NCBI RefSeq assembly: GCF_006345805.1
Contig: NC_042997.1
Location: forward strand, 152,954,001-153,018,000
DNA length: 64,000 nucleotides
Source: Octopus sinensis
Taxonomy: Eukaryota
Direction of reading: 5' to 3'
A program made the position numbers and the translations under genes. Positions within the stretch are counted from its first letter, which is position 1; the number at the start of each line of letters is the position of its first letter. The notes under the pieces were generated by a model that searched no databases, was not told the DNA's origin, and saw only the letters and a list, made by a program, of their open reading frames with translations. Below, piece after piece: positions 49,779-64,000 of the stretch.

Positions 49779-51979
49779 ATATATGTGGTCCTAGATATAC
49801 AATGGCTGGAAAACGTCGTGATGACCATGGCTGGAATGCTTTCCATCATATGTCTACTCAACCAAGACTGACTTGATTGGATAGACCATTAATAACAATT
49901 ACAGCTTGACGGATCAGTCGGCTGAAAATTGGCTTGTTATTTAAATAATTCATAGTTCGCATCCACCCACATGTAACTATTAGCACAAATTCTGTTAATA
50001 GTTATAAACTTGTCGTATGTTTCATTAGTTTGTTACACAAAAATGCATCATAAAAACTGGTAAAAATTAGCTTTTGGCATAACTATCATAGAAGTGGTAC
50101 ATGTCTTGAGTAGCATCATATAACCTGAAATAGATACCAATATTTCTTTGCCTATTACGCAAAACCCCTTTAAAATGCAGGTCGAGACGGATAGGATCTT
50201 AGGCGAAGCGTTTTCACGAAATCTGGTCCAATTAACAAACCCTGCAGCATATCGGGGCCTTATCGCTCCATCAGTATTCTACATATCTCTCGATCTAGTT
50301 GTGTATTAATTGCATCACAAAGTGTTAGAGAGGCTCATAGATTCACAAATAGCTTTTAAATGTACTTTAAACAAGCTAAAACAGAATCCACGTTCAAGAA
50401 TTATCATCTCGTTTTTCTCATTCCAAATATTTCTCTATAAGCTAAGAAAATATTAATAGATCATTATAGGCTAGCCTGCATGGTCGATTCAATCAGATAA
50501 TATGCCCAATATGACTGATCCGATAAATTTAACGGATTTGTCTCTGGAGAAATATAGGACGGGTATCGCAGAACTTTTAATTATCACTCAGCCAAATATA
50601 GATGAATGATAATAAAAGATCATTTTTATAAAGTGGTGGGAGTATGAAAGGAAGTAAATTTAAAGCAGAGACTCTGTCTGAATGCTTATGATAGAACAGG
50701 CAACGCTAAAATCTCCCATGGACAAGGTTGTGGTGTCCACGGCGTTTCAATCTGCATAATTTTACATAGATTTGATCGCCCGCATGTAATTTTACAACAC
50801 ATTTGGTCAAAGTTTTATGCAGCGAAATGAAATCCGAAACTACATATGTAGGAAGCAAACTTCTTAACCATGCATCCACACCTATTCCTCATTGTTTCCT
50901 GGAGACACGTTTCTATAACACCTAACATCCAAACTAAGGGTCAGGAAAATGAACTACATTATTTTCCACTTGTCTTCTCCGAGATGATTCACTATCAATT
51001 ACTTATAGGAAAACGGAAAGTATTGTAATGCTTATGACATCTTTATGAAGTATGTATTGGTGTTGAAGGTAAAGTGTAAGAATATATGCGTTAATATCCC
51101 CAGTGTTGAATATTTGATGTTAGAAATCAGGTTTCTTACATTAATCATAGCCAAAGAATTTATGAATAAGGCGAAATCTATGATCAGATTAAACAAACTG
51201 ATTTAATGCCAATATACATTAGAAAGCTTAGTAAATAAATAGAACATAATTTAACATCTACTTGCTGATCATCAGTTGGAAATAAATAACCCATTTATCC
51301 GATATTAATGACGAATTGATATTAAGGCTTAGTGATTTGCTGCATATGAGACAGAAGCTATTTATTAATTACGTTCATAAAGAGTTTCGTAGTGAGAAAA
51401 TTTGACGTAGATTATTTAGTTAGATTTCTTGTCTGATCTAAAGTTCGAAATTTATAACAATGGTTCACAGTTGATTAGTTAGCTACAGGATTAGTTGTGT
51501 TATAGTTCATACATTTATAAATACATTGATCAACAATTTCGATTTTTCATTCTATAAATTTGTCTCAAACATTAATTACTCGTCAAGCTTTGAGAATGAA
51601 GATTGTTGTCCCAATAGCTGAGAGAAGGACAATTCATAGTTTTAAGATGCTGGTGTTGGGGCGGGGTGGAAATATTAATGGAACGATTTCTGACTGGACA
51701 ACGACATAAATTGTTGTTGATGCTCTTTGATCTTATTCCTTTACTGATCACTTATAAAGTAGGCCTATGATTAAAACACTTATAGTTATGGCCATCCTAA
51801 TTTTTCTTTTCAGGTATAGCATGTATTCAGGACCACTTTACCCGAAGTGTACTTCTGTATTTAAGACAGTATAACGTGAATGAAGGAAATTTGGTTGTTA
51901 TTTTAGTAGGTCGAGGGGCCGAAGCTATATGAGAAGGTACAGGTTGCCGATGAAGACAGCATTTGTAAACTATAAGCTC

Positions 51980-52226
51980 CTTTCTTTCTATCCGTTCAGT
52001 CGAGGTCGACTCTCAGTTACTCGATAGATCAGTGTTCTCCAGCCAGTTCTATCCTGGGTCGCTTCTTTCTGATTGGCTATGGCCATTCCCGTGTCGCTCT
52101 TGATGGTGTCAAGCCAACGGGTTCTTGGTCGGCCTCTTCTTCTCTTGACACTGATCATTCCGAGCATGATGCCCTTCTCCAGAGATTTTCTCCGCATAAT
52201 ATGACCAAAACTATAAGCAGCTTAAC
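51980..52226 (-). mobile_element. 3' end of a second RTE/BovB-like LINE
   Basis: FGHIMRRKSLEKGIMLG..KRRRGRPRTRWLDTIK..DRTGWR..RVTESRPRLNG*. Confidence 0.88.
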
Positions 52227-52705
52227 TTCATTTCAAATCCTTTTATTAACGAAATCTACAACAGACATGAATCTTTGTGTCAAAGGAAAAATACTGCCTA
52301 AATCTCTGCACTAGTACAGGACTACACATAAGAAATTGTTAGGAGAGAAAGGCAGCAGTGCTTGTATTTAGCCCCACGTGATTTCTTCCCATTAACATAC
52401 ATCGCTTTCTCCCCAGAATAGAATCAATGAAATATGCATTCTTCCATTCATTTCTAAATTGATCATTAATCATAAATCTTTATCAATTTATGCAATAGGG
52501 TTGTCCTCAGAATTCTCAATAGAAACAGCTATAATCCTAAATCCTATATAATTCGCATGATAATAACCAAATATTGCGGAAGAGGAGTTAACTAAGTATC
52601 ATTGGTAGGAACTAAAGTTTATATTGTTTGTGAGATTGCAAATATCTATTTCCCATTTCTCCCAGTCCAATTGTGTAAAATGTCCCTCGAGTTTCAACAG
52701 ATATT

Positions 52706-52834
52706 TAAAGTATTGACATACATTTTAAATTGGCTATAAATTAAAAGTATTGACATACATTATAAATTGGCTATAAAATAAACGCATGTCAATAAAGTAT
52801 TGGCATGCATTTTAAGTTGGCTATAAAATAAACG
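52706..52834. repeat. About 37-bp minisatellite, 3 copies
   Basis: TAAAGTATTGACATACATTTTAAATTGGCTATAAA repeats three times, with a short insert before copy 3. Confidence 0.85.
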
Positions 52835-54732
52835 TTTTCATATTAATCCCCACAGATTTCTTAGCTTTGTGCCAAATCGGAAACTATTATGAAGACAAAA
52901 GTATATATTACTCCAATAAATAAAATCAATAATCAAATATTTGCATTTTGTTTTCGACTATTCGTAATTATTGATCTTCACTAAGCAAATCTCTACGTTA
53001 TTATTCTCATTGCTTATCTCTATGTTGGATCTGGCTGAGAAAAATCTACGATCAAAGGCATTGAAGTCATTATGATCCTATCTTTTTATAAGGCATAGTG
53101 GGTGTAGAACAAATGTATTCATTCTCTCCTTTCACTTTCTAAGACATTAGGATGTAATAGAGGAAGATTTCGCTATTATTTTTACAATACAAGCGAACAC
53201 GTAGAGGCTCCCTCGCTGATTCAATGGTATCATAAGAAGAGAAATGGGAGTTAAAAAGCAAGAGGAGTCAAATAACTTCAAAGAAAAACAGCGATTGAAA
53301 CTAGGCTTATTAAATGCTTTATAACTATCATCCTTTATAAAAATAAATACGTTTTACGATAGTAAACTATACCAACTATTTATTACACAATTAAAAACTC
53401 ATGTATCACTAATAAAACTGCTTCAATTTTAATTATATTAATTTGATGGAATTTCTGTTATGTTTATGAAATGTCTATTAGTTAGGTTTTTGGGTATAGA
53501 AATTCCTTATTTTCACACTTGGTATATTGAGAGATGTACATACATACATACAACATACATACATACATACATACATACATACATACATACATAATACATA
53601 CATACATACAACATACATACATACATACATACATACATACATACATAGACACAAATACACACACACAAACATATAGATAGTGCTTCATATTTATTTAATT
53701 CTTGTATTTGCTCCACAAATTAATACGATGAAACGAATCCAAAAGAACGATTGATTTACATATATGTAGTCAACTACTTTCTTTGAGACACGATGTTTTT
53801 CTCGTCATCTTACTACATTTGCTTCTCTAAATTCGTGATCCAAATACGCCTTTTACCCAGGCCCACCGGATTCACCTACATTACCTGCTGATGCCAGCGT
53901 TAGAATGTTTCCTATTACAGACGTGAATCAAAACTCTTTATATATAGCAAGAACGTCAACTTCTGGAATTACACACATACAATCTTCTTTCTCACACTGC
54001 CTTGCAATTTTGAAGGTGAATATCAACCAGGTCAAATTCATGAACTGTCGTGGGATTTTTAAACAACATAAGCACTCCATTGTTTTCTATGACAACGTAG
54101 TAAAACTACACTCTTGATTAATATGAATCAGAAATCAAACTTTGAACTATCGACTGTTTCTTCTGCAAAACTCAACAAAGCACTTAAGATTCTGCTGAGA
54201 ATTGACTGGGGGTCTGTTCAGTGCATACTTTTCATTGCTAAGAAATAGTTGACGTTATTCAAATACTATTGATTGATTTTTACAAAATGCATATTACCAA
54301 TAACACTATAAATAAAAGGTCAAATATTCTGTTTTATAAGATTAATTTTTTCTTGTTCAATTATTTAAAACGCAAACACTTTCATTTTATTCTTAGTTTT
54401 AAGAATTGATTATTTCAGGAATAAAGAATTTAAACATGAAATTAATTTTACTAGTATTTCTAAAAATACTCTCTTGAGAATAAAAATAAGTATTTCTAGA
54501 ACTAAACAAAAAAAAAAAAATCTGAAAGTGATATTTTCGAAATGTTAAAGAAAACATGTGCACTGAATGTTTAAGCGTAAACTGTGATAAGAACAGGAAT
54601 CAACCTACTGTTGTTTTCTTTTCTTATTTATCCTTGGAAAGCGGGTTTCTTTGCATTTTATTCAAGAATTTTCTGAATGCCTAGCAGAGATGTAATTAAG
54701 TAACTTAAAATGATATTCATTTCTTGATTCCC

Positions 54733-55288
54733 CACAGGGGGATAAACATAGAGGGGACAAACAAGGACAGACAAAGGAATTAAGTCGATTACATCGACTC
54801 CATTGCGTAAGTGCTACTTATTTAATCGACCCCGAAAGTTTGAAAGTCAAATTCGACCTCGGCGGAATTTGAACGTAACGGCAGGCGAAATCCCTATTTC
54901 TTTGCTACCCACAAGGGGCTAAACACAGAGCGAACAAACAAAGACAGACAAACATATTAAGTCGATTATATCGACCCCAGTGCGTAACTTGTACTTATCT
55001 AATCGACCCCGAAAGGATGAAAGGCAAAGTCGACCTCGGCGGAATTTGAACTCAGAACGTAGCGGCAGGCGAAATACCTATTTCTTTACTACCGTCAAGT
55101 GGCTAAACACGGAGAGGACAAACAAGGACAGAGAAAGGTATTAAGTCGATTACATCGACCCCAGTGCGTACCCCGAAAGGATGAAAGGCAAAGTCGACCT
55201 CGGTGGAATTTAAACCCACAGCGTAACGGCAGACGAAATATGACTACGCATTTCGCCCGGCGTGCTAACGCTTCTGCCAGCTCGCCAC
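54733..55288 (-). mobile_element. Deu/Nin-domain SINE trimer
   Basis: Three units, with junctions at about 54886-54900 and 55070-55084. Confidence 0.88.
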
Positions 55289-56034
55289 TCTCCTTAAAAT
55301 ATATATTGATGCCACTAGTTATAATTTTTGACGCTCTTTGATGGTGCTAAAGATTATGTAGCAATCATATATGTGTTACTCATTGTAATCCCCAGTATTC
55401 TTTCTATTAGTATGTAATAAGGATCCTATTTTGTATTTCCTTACATAGTACCTAGGAACCAAGTTACTTTACTTCAAACTTTTCGCCAGAATACTTTTAT
55501 ATTCAAGATCGATCCACAATACTTATTTTGTTATTACTGCTATTACACTATAGTCATGGACATCATACTTAATCACATGAAATTTCAAAGTAAGGATTAT
55601 CTAATAAAAACAATAACTAAACGTGCGACTCAAGTATTTGCACTACATTTATTCTGTTTCCTTAAGGACCGAGCTCAACTCGAGCTGGAGCCGTCTTCCT
55701 TTTATGGGTCTTAAAAATATGCACCTGCCATTTACTAATTCCAATCGAGCCATTAAGCTTACAGCACACAAATATTTATCTTTTCTAACAAGAAACCAAT
55801 AACTGTGGAACGTCCAGTTTCGTAAACATCTAATTGTGTAAGAATCAATACTTGTTAATAACAGCTTCTAAAACTAAAATGTTTCCATTTATATAATGAC
55901 AAAGCATTACTAGCATAAATGATCTGATATTTACCGAAATAAATATCCTCAAGATGCTTGAAAAGCATAGACATATATAGTCTCCAGTAATATACGTATA
56001 ACATCTATATGACTTCTGAATTGATATTGGTTTC

Positions 56035-56240
56035 AAATTTTGACACAAGGCCAGCAATTACAGGGAAGGGGGTAAGTCAATTTACATCGACCCCAATATT
56101 CAACTGGTATTGATTATTGATCACGTAAGACTGAAAGGCAAAATCCACTCCGGCGGCATTTGAACCCAGAACATTAAGACGGATGAAATGCTGCTGAGGA
56201 TTTTGTCCGAAATTCTAACGATTCTGCCGGCTCGCTGACT
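56035..56240 (-). mobile_element. Deu/Nin-domain SINE, diverged
   Basis: CATCGACCCC..CTGAAAGGCAAAATCCACTCCGGCGGCATTTGAACC. Confidence 0.75.
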
Positions 56241-57372
56241 TTAGGATTGCTATTAACGGACGTTTCTCCAAGCTGTGTATCATAATTCCCTGTGATATGA
56301 GGACACTATAAAAAACTTCGTATAACGTGTATGTTGTATATCTAATGTAGTTTAGTTTAAACACGACGATCTCACGAAAGGACTCCAAGAAATATTAACG
56401 TACTGCTCAGAGTAGTCAGATTTACTAGCCTATTGCACTTACTGGCAATTACGTGAACTGGTTATAGGGAGGCGACAATTAAGCGTCAGCGAAAAGAGCC
56501 GCACGACAGAAACCTCAATTCAGCACATCGAAAACATATCGTCTAACCTATCAACAGCTTTTGTCTCCAAAGAACAATATACTAAATAACACGCAATCAA
56601 AAATTCATTATGTCTATGTCAGATATAACTGGTGAAAGTATTTTGGCTCAATATTCTATTTTAAAATGTTGCTTAGATTATAAATGTATTAATGGAAACT
56701 TATAAAATAATAGACATTTTAGTTGTTAGCCCTTTTGTTTAAAATGAATATTAGATATTTATTAGAAGATCAAAGACTGAAAGTCATTAATTATTTTGTG
56801 GTTGAAAATACAAACGAATAAAACAATTTATTGATGTTTGTGACATTTCATCTTTCAATGGAAAGCAGTGCAGCTGAGAATTGACACGGCTAACATTGTT
56901 TTGATTATTGGTATTTCAATAAATTATGCCTTAGTTTTACTAACCTTTAGAAAATTTATCACGTCTCCTAATTAAAAAAATTAGACATTCTATATACACA
57001 TATATTAGATGTGACGATACGCATATACATACATGCCTGTAGGACATGTACGCGTCTCAAAATCTCTAACCTCATAACCATCACAAGATTAATGGACTAT
57101 GGGGATAACTGGATGAATGGATGTCAAATTGTCTCTTCATTTTCTTGAAGGAAAAACTAAGTATTTCGAGTTTGTTTCTGAAACACTTATAAAAAGACAA
57201 TGAAGTATGATTAGAATATGAATATATAATCTACGTAAAGAAGTTGTAATTTTGAATGCTCCGTGTGTCATAGATTTTTAATGAAATACGTATCTTCTGG
57301 AAAACTGACCGCTGCAGCACTACATACATTTCGTTACATAAATATTTACTCATATATGTATGCATACATATA

Positions 57373-58249
57373 CAGGGTATTCGGGCTAAATCTAACTATT
57401 TCTATGTCCCCTTTTTTTCAAGAACAGCTTGATGTATTGGTGAACAACGTTAGAGAATATAATGACTAAAGTTGTAGTTGAGATAAAGTTAGCTCATATG
57501 AAAGACGGGAAGCCATCTGAATATTGGAAAAGAGTTTCCTAAATCGTGATGATTCTTGCTAGGTATCAAAATGTTAACAGCCTGACTCAACGCCCCATGA
57601 ATACTGTAAGGGCTGTAAGACGTGACATGAACAGCTGCAACAGAGACTACGAAGCTGATGCCAGCCCAGCCGGAAGAATCACAGCAGGCATCCAGACTGC
57701 CTTCGTTCGCCGGAATTGATCCCCACATCTTTGAACAGGGCTTTAGGCTCAATTCAAATGGCTATTTAAAGCTGCTGGAGAATGTAGTTAAACCCTGGCT
57801 GAAGAGAGTTTCTCCTGGAATGTCATATGTGTACCAGCAGTTTTCGGCTCCTTGTCACACTTTCGGAAAGAGTCAGAAGTGGCTTTCGGAGAATTTCTGC
57901 GATTTCACTAGCCCCAATTTCTGGCCTCCTAATTCCCTCGTAATTCAAGGAATAACTATGTGAGATGCATGTTTACGAAAGACAATCAACCGCTCAGCCT
58001 GCAACACCAAGGCCAAGTTGATGACCAAGATCAACGAAGAGTTCCTTTCAGGGACACAGGAACGCAAGCGCCGCCAACGTCTGAAGCTATCTTGATGCCG
58101 TGATAAAAGCTGAAGGCGATTACTTTGGGGAAAAAGTTACCTCTGTCACAATCTGGTCGATTATTTTCAAAACATTGAGTTTTTGGATGGGATATTATCT
58201 TTTTTTTTTCCCTTTTATGCAAACTATCATATTCATCCAGAGCACCCTG
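57373..58249 (+). mobile_element. Internally deleted maT-like Tc1/mariner transposon
   Basis: PHIFEQGFRLNSNGYLKLLENVVKPWL..YQQFSAPCHT.GKSQKWLSENF.DFTSPNFWPPNS. Ends read TA-CAGGGT and ACCCTG. Confidence 0.85.
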
Positions 58250-58856
58250 TGTGTTTCCAAATATCATATTAACTATTAAAATACAAAGCAAACTATCGAA
58301 TTGCTTTGTATTTACGTACATATATACACCATATGCGCTCACATATACTTTTACTTATATATATTTCCCATTCATATAGAACTAAATCTTATACACATAT
58401 AATTGAATTACACAACAACTACACATATATCAGTGTACGTTATTGACACATAATACATACTTACACACACACACATATATATGTTTATAAATACAAACAA
58501 ACTCGAACGCAGAAGAGCGATTCACATAAGTTCTGCTTAATAGTAACTCTAATTATATATTATTCATATCATAATATGTGTTCAATTTAAAGTGACTAAA
58601 CCTAAACAATCGGCTGAAAAAAGATGAGCCAGACCACCGAGAATTGAACACGATATCAATGCTTAGCTGCCTCCGCACTCACCCAATTCAGTCAAATAGC
58701 CCAGCCATCAATTTCAATGAAATTTAATGTATGAAAAATGTTAGTCTAGCATATATTTTTATAAACTTATAAACAAACACGAAGGCTGTAAATTTTTTCG
58801 AAGTTTAGTCGCTCTAACGGAGCATATGTTATTATATAAATAATATATAATAACAG

Positions 58857-58924
<68 letters not shown>

Positions 58925-59309
58925 GTATATATATGCATGTATTATAGAAAAGTGTATGTGTATACACACACACATACACACATGTGTGTGTAGTGTGTGC
59001 GTGTTTGAGTGTTCGTATGCTCGTTTTTTAAGATCATTTTAAAAACAACAAGAAGATATATATTGATATGAGTCTCAAAGGAATAAGATAATTGCAGGCA
59101 CACACAAACACACTCATGTATGTATGCATATCCAGCAGTTAACTTTTTGCTGGTATATGTCATTAAAGCCTGTAATAATTAAGCCGTTATTGCTTCTCTT
59201 CATTATAAACTTGGTGTGTCTTGCAACGTATTATTTCGTCGGTTAAGATAAACAACATAAACATCGAAAATGGAGACCGATGAGACTCATGATAGAATGC
59301 ATCGGCAAA

Positions 59310-59415
<106 letters not shown>

Positions 59416-59853
59416 AATAAAATTCGTGCAACAAGATAAATTTAAGTGCTATGAACAAACGTGAGTTCTGAGGGCTGCTCCCACAGGAATACCAATGTGA
59501 GAAATCCCGGTATCATAAACCTAACTAAAGCAAAATATTATAGTTTGATAATTAGAAACCATTCAGTATAAAAATATAATGATTTCAGATGGCGACTCGA
59601 TATTATTTTTAGGTTGTAGGTTTGTTAATGGCGACTCATATCTTATACGTGTCTATTTAAACAAAAATTAAGAAAAAAATAATGTGTTTTAATAGAATAT
59701 TTTGGGGGCAATAATTATCCAATTCACTAAGTAAATTGTGTACTTAATAATTTACAAAAAGTTAGAGGAAGTTGCAAGCTTAGGTGACACATACGATAAT
59801 ATATGGTTTAAATACAACATAAAAAGTACAAATTTTATATTAATTTCAATATA

Positions 59854-59922
59854 AAATGAAGATTAAATTAATTAAAGAAATATCATAATATGATATTTCT
59901 TTAATTAATTTAATCTTCATTT
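59854..59922. repeat. Perfect AT-rich palindrome, 34-bp arms, 1-nt loop
   Basis: Symmetric about A59888. Confidence 0.92.
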
Positions 59923-61134
59923 GTAGCGCTATGTAGCGTAAGAAAAGTGCATATAAATTATACAAGAATATTAATTGTTTCATATCTGCACAATAATTAC
60001 AATATAAAATAATTACGTACACACGCATGCACACATATACATACAAATGTATTTATATGTGTGCATGCTTGTATATGTATATATGCCTTTAATTATGTAT
60101 GCATGTATATTCGTCAACAGACAGAGATCAATGATAGTTAAAATACTACTCTAACAAACGACAAGATAATTTGTACGTAGTCGCTCAAACTACTAAGAAT
60201 GTTCAGCAAATCTCTTTCGAATTAGCCTCCACTGACTTTTAAAATAACGATAGATTTGCTATTATTGTTTTTACTAAACTCCACCAGAAACTAAAAACAT
60301 AGGCGTCAAGGTTGGAACACTCTCCTTCATAGGTCATCTTGATCAAGGCTAGCCCGAAGATAATCAGCTACCTTATCTTCCAACATTAAATTCAGACCGG
60401 TGCCTGAAGGTTACGACTGCACTTTACGCACTTAATTTTTTCGACACTAGAATATCTATTTGTCATTATCCTAGTCTCCTAGCCAGAGATTAACGAATAG
60501 CACATTAAACTACATGGAAATTATGTAAATTTATTCATAACTCAACGTTACCTTAGGAAATATTTCATATTATCAATCCATTAAGCTTGAGTTTAGTCAT
60601 TTTAAATACCCATTTGTACCGAATCATTTACAATGATTAATGATCAGAAACCAGCTTCCTCTCGAGATGACGCGAAGAAATGTTAGGTAATTATTTAACA
60701 CTGGTCTCTAAATAGTAATTATAATTCCGAATGCTATGGAAGCATCAGTACTAATTTGAATCAGTTTTACAGAGGATCCTGATTGGAATTATATGTTTGG
60801 CTTCAGTTGGAAAATAAGAAGGAGACTTTCTAGCTTAAGGCCAACTTGTCAAACTAAAGATTATATCTAATTATTCATTCCATGGAATCCTTATTGCTGT
60901 GTTGTCCAATCAATCAGACCTAAAACCTGTAAAAGAGAAGTAATAATGTTTGCGGAAAGTGGAAAAATGAATATATATATACATATATATAACAGCGTTA
61001 TAAGTGACGCATTATCAATATATACCTATCAATCTTCAATGGTGATCATCTCTATCCTTGGACCCTCTCACACGAATATACAGAGTTCTTTACTAATCTA
61101 AACAATATTGTTAGCCTAGTGTAGTAACAGAGAG

Positions 61135-61505
61135 CAGAAAATTTGTTGGGAGGGGACTAGTCGATTGCATTGACATCAGTGTTTCACTATTACTTAATTT
61201 ATGAAACCCGATAAGAGGAAAAGCTAAGTCGACCTCAGCGGAATTTGAACTACCGCTAAGCAATTGGTCCAGCATGCAATCGATTCTTTCAGTGCGCTGC
61301 CTTAATAATAATAATAATAATAATAATAATATAATAATAATAATAATAAAATTTTGCCACAAGATCAGCCATTTGGAGGGAGGAGATGTGACGATTACAT
61401 CGAACCCAGTGTTTAATTTATCGAAAGAATAAAGGTAAAGCCGACTTCTGCAGAATTTGATCTCAGAACGTGGCGACGGGCGAAATACCGTTAAGCATTT
61501 AGCCC
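61135..61505 (-). mobile_element. Two diverged Deu/Nin-domain SINEs around (TAA)n
   Basis: GTCGACCTCAGCGGAATTTGAAC and GCCGACTTCTGCAGAATTTGATCTCAGAACG. Confidence 0.75.
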
Positions 61506-61512
61506 GGTGAAG

Positions 61513-62110
61513 CTGAACAATATCTTGCACAGAGAAATGAAAGACAAGGTCACCACTGCATACTTGAAGCGACTCAGACTTGTCTTTAACTCAAAACTCA
61601 ACTCAAGGAGCCTTGTTACTGCCATCAGCATATGGGCTGATGCTGTAGTCCGCTATATTGCACTCATCCTGAAATGGAAATGAGCGAAGAGACCAACTCG
61701 ATCGCACAACCCGAAAGACAATGACTTTGCATGGTGCCCTCCACCCTAAGGCGAACGTACACAGGTTCTGTATGAAGAGGTCTAAAGATAGATGTGGGCT
61801 GAATAGCGTACGGGTGTGAATCAGCTGTATGAAGAGGTCTAAAGATAGATGTGGGCTGAATAGCGTACGGGTGTGAATCGGAAGCTCCTAGAAATGAATA
61901 CTAATGTAGACTCTGTTACCAGTAGGATATATACCAAAAATATAGGAGACACTAACTTATTGATCTATGCAGGAGAGATAGTTGTCACTAGAAAATTAGA
62001 TATTTCACGGGGAAAAATTAAAAAGAGCAAATGTGGGAAAGGAGATTACAAAATAAACTAAAAACTTTAAGACAACATCTGAGAAGAATAGAAAACTGGA
62101 AACGCAAGAG
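61513..62110 (+). pseudogene. Degraded R4/Dong-like non-LTR retrotransposon fragments
   Basis: EMKDKVTTAYLKRLRLVFNSKLNSRSLVTAISIWA.AVVRY (post-RT region), then TNLLIYAG..VVTRKL (resembles the pre-RT region). Family call from recalled motifs. Confidence 0.7.
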
Positions 62111-63669
62111 ATTAAAGACAAGTAATGACCAGTCAATTTTAGACATGCCAGTATTCAAACTAAATGATTTCTTGCATGTAAATTGCTGCTACATTGCTTG
62201 AAAGACATTTGCAATGGTGTGTTCAATGTAGAGTAATAAACTAAACAAATGTCCACCGTCTAACTTAGTTCTGTTAGTTAAATAAGTTTATTCGGAAAAT
62301 GAATCAAATTAATGACGTTGAGTTGCACAAAGCTTTTTAAATCAAAGCCGTAGCAGACTTTAAACAGGCACATCAAAATTGGCTAAAGTTCAAAATGTTT
62401 GGCTAAATGATTTTGAAAGTATCATGTTAATCGCAATAAAACAGTAAAAATGTAAATTTAATTGCATTCGTCAAGCAAACAAATTAATATCAGTTAATAT
62501 TTGAAACGTGGACACAAGCTTAGACAACTATAGCAAATATTATAGTTAAGATGATCAGAAGCAGATAATTATAGCTGTAGACATATGTTATTGACATTCA
62601 GACATTCGTGTTCTTGTTTATAGGAGCAACGGTTAATCACTGGTAATTCCACAACATATAGAACAATGGTTCTTCCTTGATGTCAACGTTCATTATAGAA
62701 TTATACAAACAAAATCCGAGCCGCCCGTCAACACTGACAGACTGTAGCAGCCAGTTTTCTCGTTGATAAATAAAAGAAAAAAAATGAAATGTCCATTAGT
62801 TTAATTAACTATAAATTACAATTAAGCAAATGTATAAAATTTCCCATTAACATTGTCATTTTATAAATATGCAGATTGGAAATACATAAAATTTGAGAAA
62901 TACGATAGAAGACAGGTGAAGGTTTCGATCAATTGAATTGAAACAAGCATGAAGAAAATAATATGAAATTTTTATGTAACTGTTCACACAAATTACGATC
63001 AGTTTATTTCATTTATTGTATATATTTTATTTAAAATTTCAAATTGTAGCAACTTTGGTTAGAGGCTTCCTACCGCTTAATTGCTGGTTCACTGCATGAT
63101 GTGAGATTATATATTACAGTTATAAACTAATATTGAATTCTAAGATGTTAATTTAACTTTGTGTAATATTCAACTTCACCACGATTAATTATATGCACAG
63201 TTCACTAATTAATCTAAACAATATGACTATGAGCTGGCATTTTATAACCATGAACGTGTGTAATTCTTCAAATTAACTTCTAAACAATAATTTCCATTTG
63301 TATTGTGGATGCCAATAAGCAATGTATGAATAATATATTCATAATTAAACCTGCTTAATTCACGCTGATATCATCGAGAGACGATGAATACCACGATTTT
63401 CCTTGTGCATTCCCTAAATTTATAATTCATTTTGTGTCGGACAAAGCATCAATAATATATGAACTTAGAAAAATACTTTAGCTGAATGAGAAGTGATAGC
63501 ATATTTCCTTTGTCTTCTTTGGGATATTGTACCACAGTTGTCACTACCAAACTTGTATGATTTAGTAGCATACACCAAGCTTTTACTGTTTGTTTTATAT
63601 GCCTGTCTCTTGCGCAGTTATCCTATCATCTCTTCCACCCTTTAAACAGTAAAACATAGGGAACATGGT

Positions 63670-63835
63670 AACTGAGGGTAGTGAAAGAGCTGTACCAGCA
63701 CACGGCTGATACCTAAGTCTAATCAGTTGAAAATGAGTAATTTGAAACGAAATGTCTTGCTGAATGTCACAACGTACCGATCCGTACAGAAATTGAACGC
63801 CTGATCTTGTGATGCTGAGCCCAACACTACAGTCA
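63670..63835 (-). mobile_element. Highly degraded tRNA-derived SINE
   Basis: Weak similarity to 36035-36359 (GAAATGTCTTGCT..CACAAC..GAAATTGAAC). Confidence 0.35.
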
Positions 63836-64000
63836 CGTCTAGGAGACAAAGCCAAGTACGAATCGTAATATTTGAGAATTTACCAAGATCTCCTCCATCA
63901 TAACGCGAATAACAAATTTCTTCCGTAGTGAAATTTTTAAATCTCCAAACTTCGTAATTTGTTCCTTTTCAGTTGAACATGTATCAGTCTTAGCCTTCTG

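Noticed and set aside
53850-53895. Collagen-like GNV-GES-GGP-G on the minus strand
   Set aside because: Only three triplets, ends in a stop, the candidate exon is 28 nt rather than a multiple of 9, and there is no polypyrimidine tract.
58630-58705. tRNA-like sequence on the minus strand (A-box-like, GTTCAATTC)
   Set aside because: Acceptor and anticodon stems do not pair. At best it is a decayed SINE head, not a tRNA gene.

Overview
AT-rich eukaryotic DNA with no host protein-coding gene that I can support. Every long ORF in the track is either a microsatellite translation or part of a retroelement or transposon. The repeat set (tRNA-headed CORE-like and Deu/Nin-like SINEs, Penelope-like elements, RTE/CR1/R4/HERO LINE fragments, maT-like Tc1/mariner, dense (TA)n, (GATA)n and (CATA)n tracts) points to a mollusc, most likely an octopus; this is inferred from recalled repeat families, not from a search. 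The most notable signal is RNA structure: nine hammerhead-ribozyme-like folds from five unrelated sequence families. Eight lie as antisense pairs in the arms of four fold-back elements (7.6-10.3 kb, 14.4-15.2 kb, 30.3-32.7 kb, 40.0-40.3 kb). One stand-alone type I hammerhead (38136-38207) sits in a 283-bp segment bounded by a 21-bp direct repeat. All five families deviate from the textbook core, and two share the same C10.1-A11.1 mismatch. Also notable are a 264-bp inverted copy of nearby genomic DNA captured inside a fold-back element (44.7-45.7 kb) and one SINE tail-to-body junction recurring five times. All folds were paired by eye and none is shown to cleave. Many single-base indels in otherwise young elements may be assembly errors.
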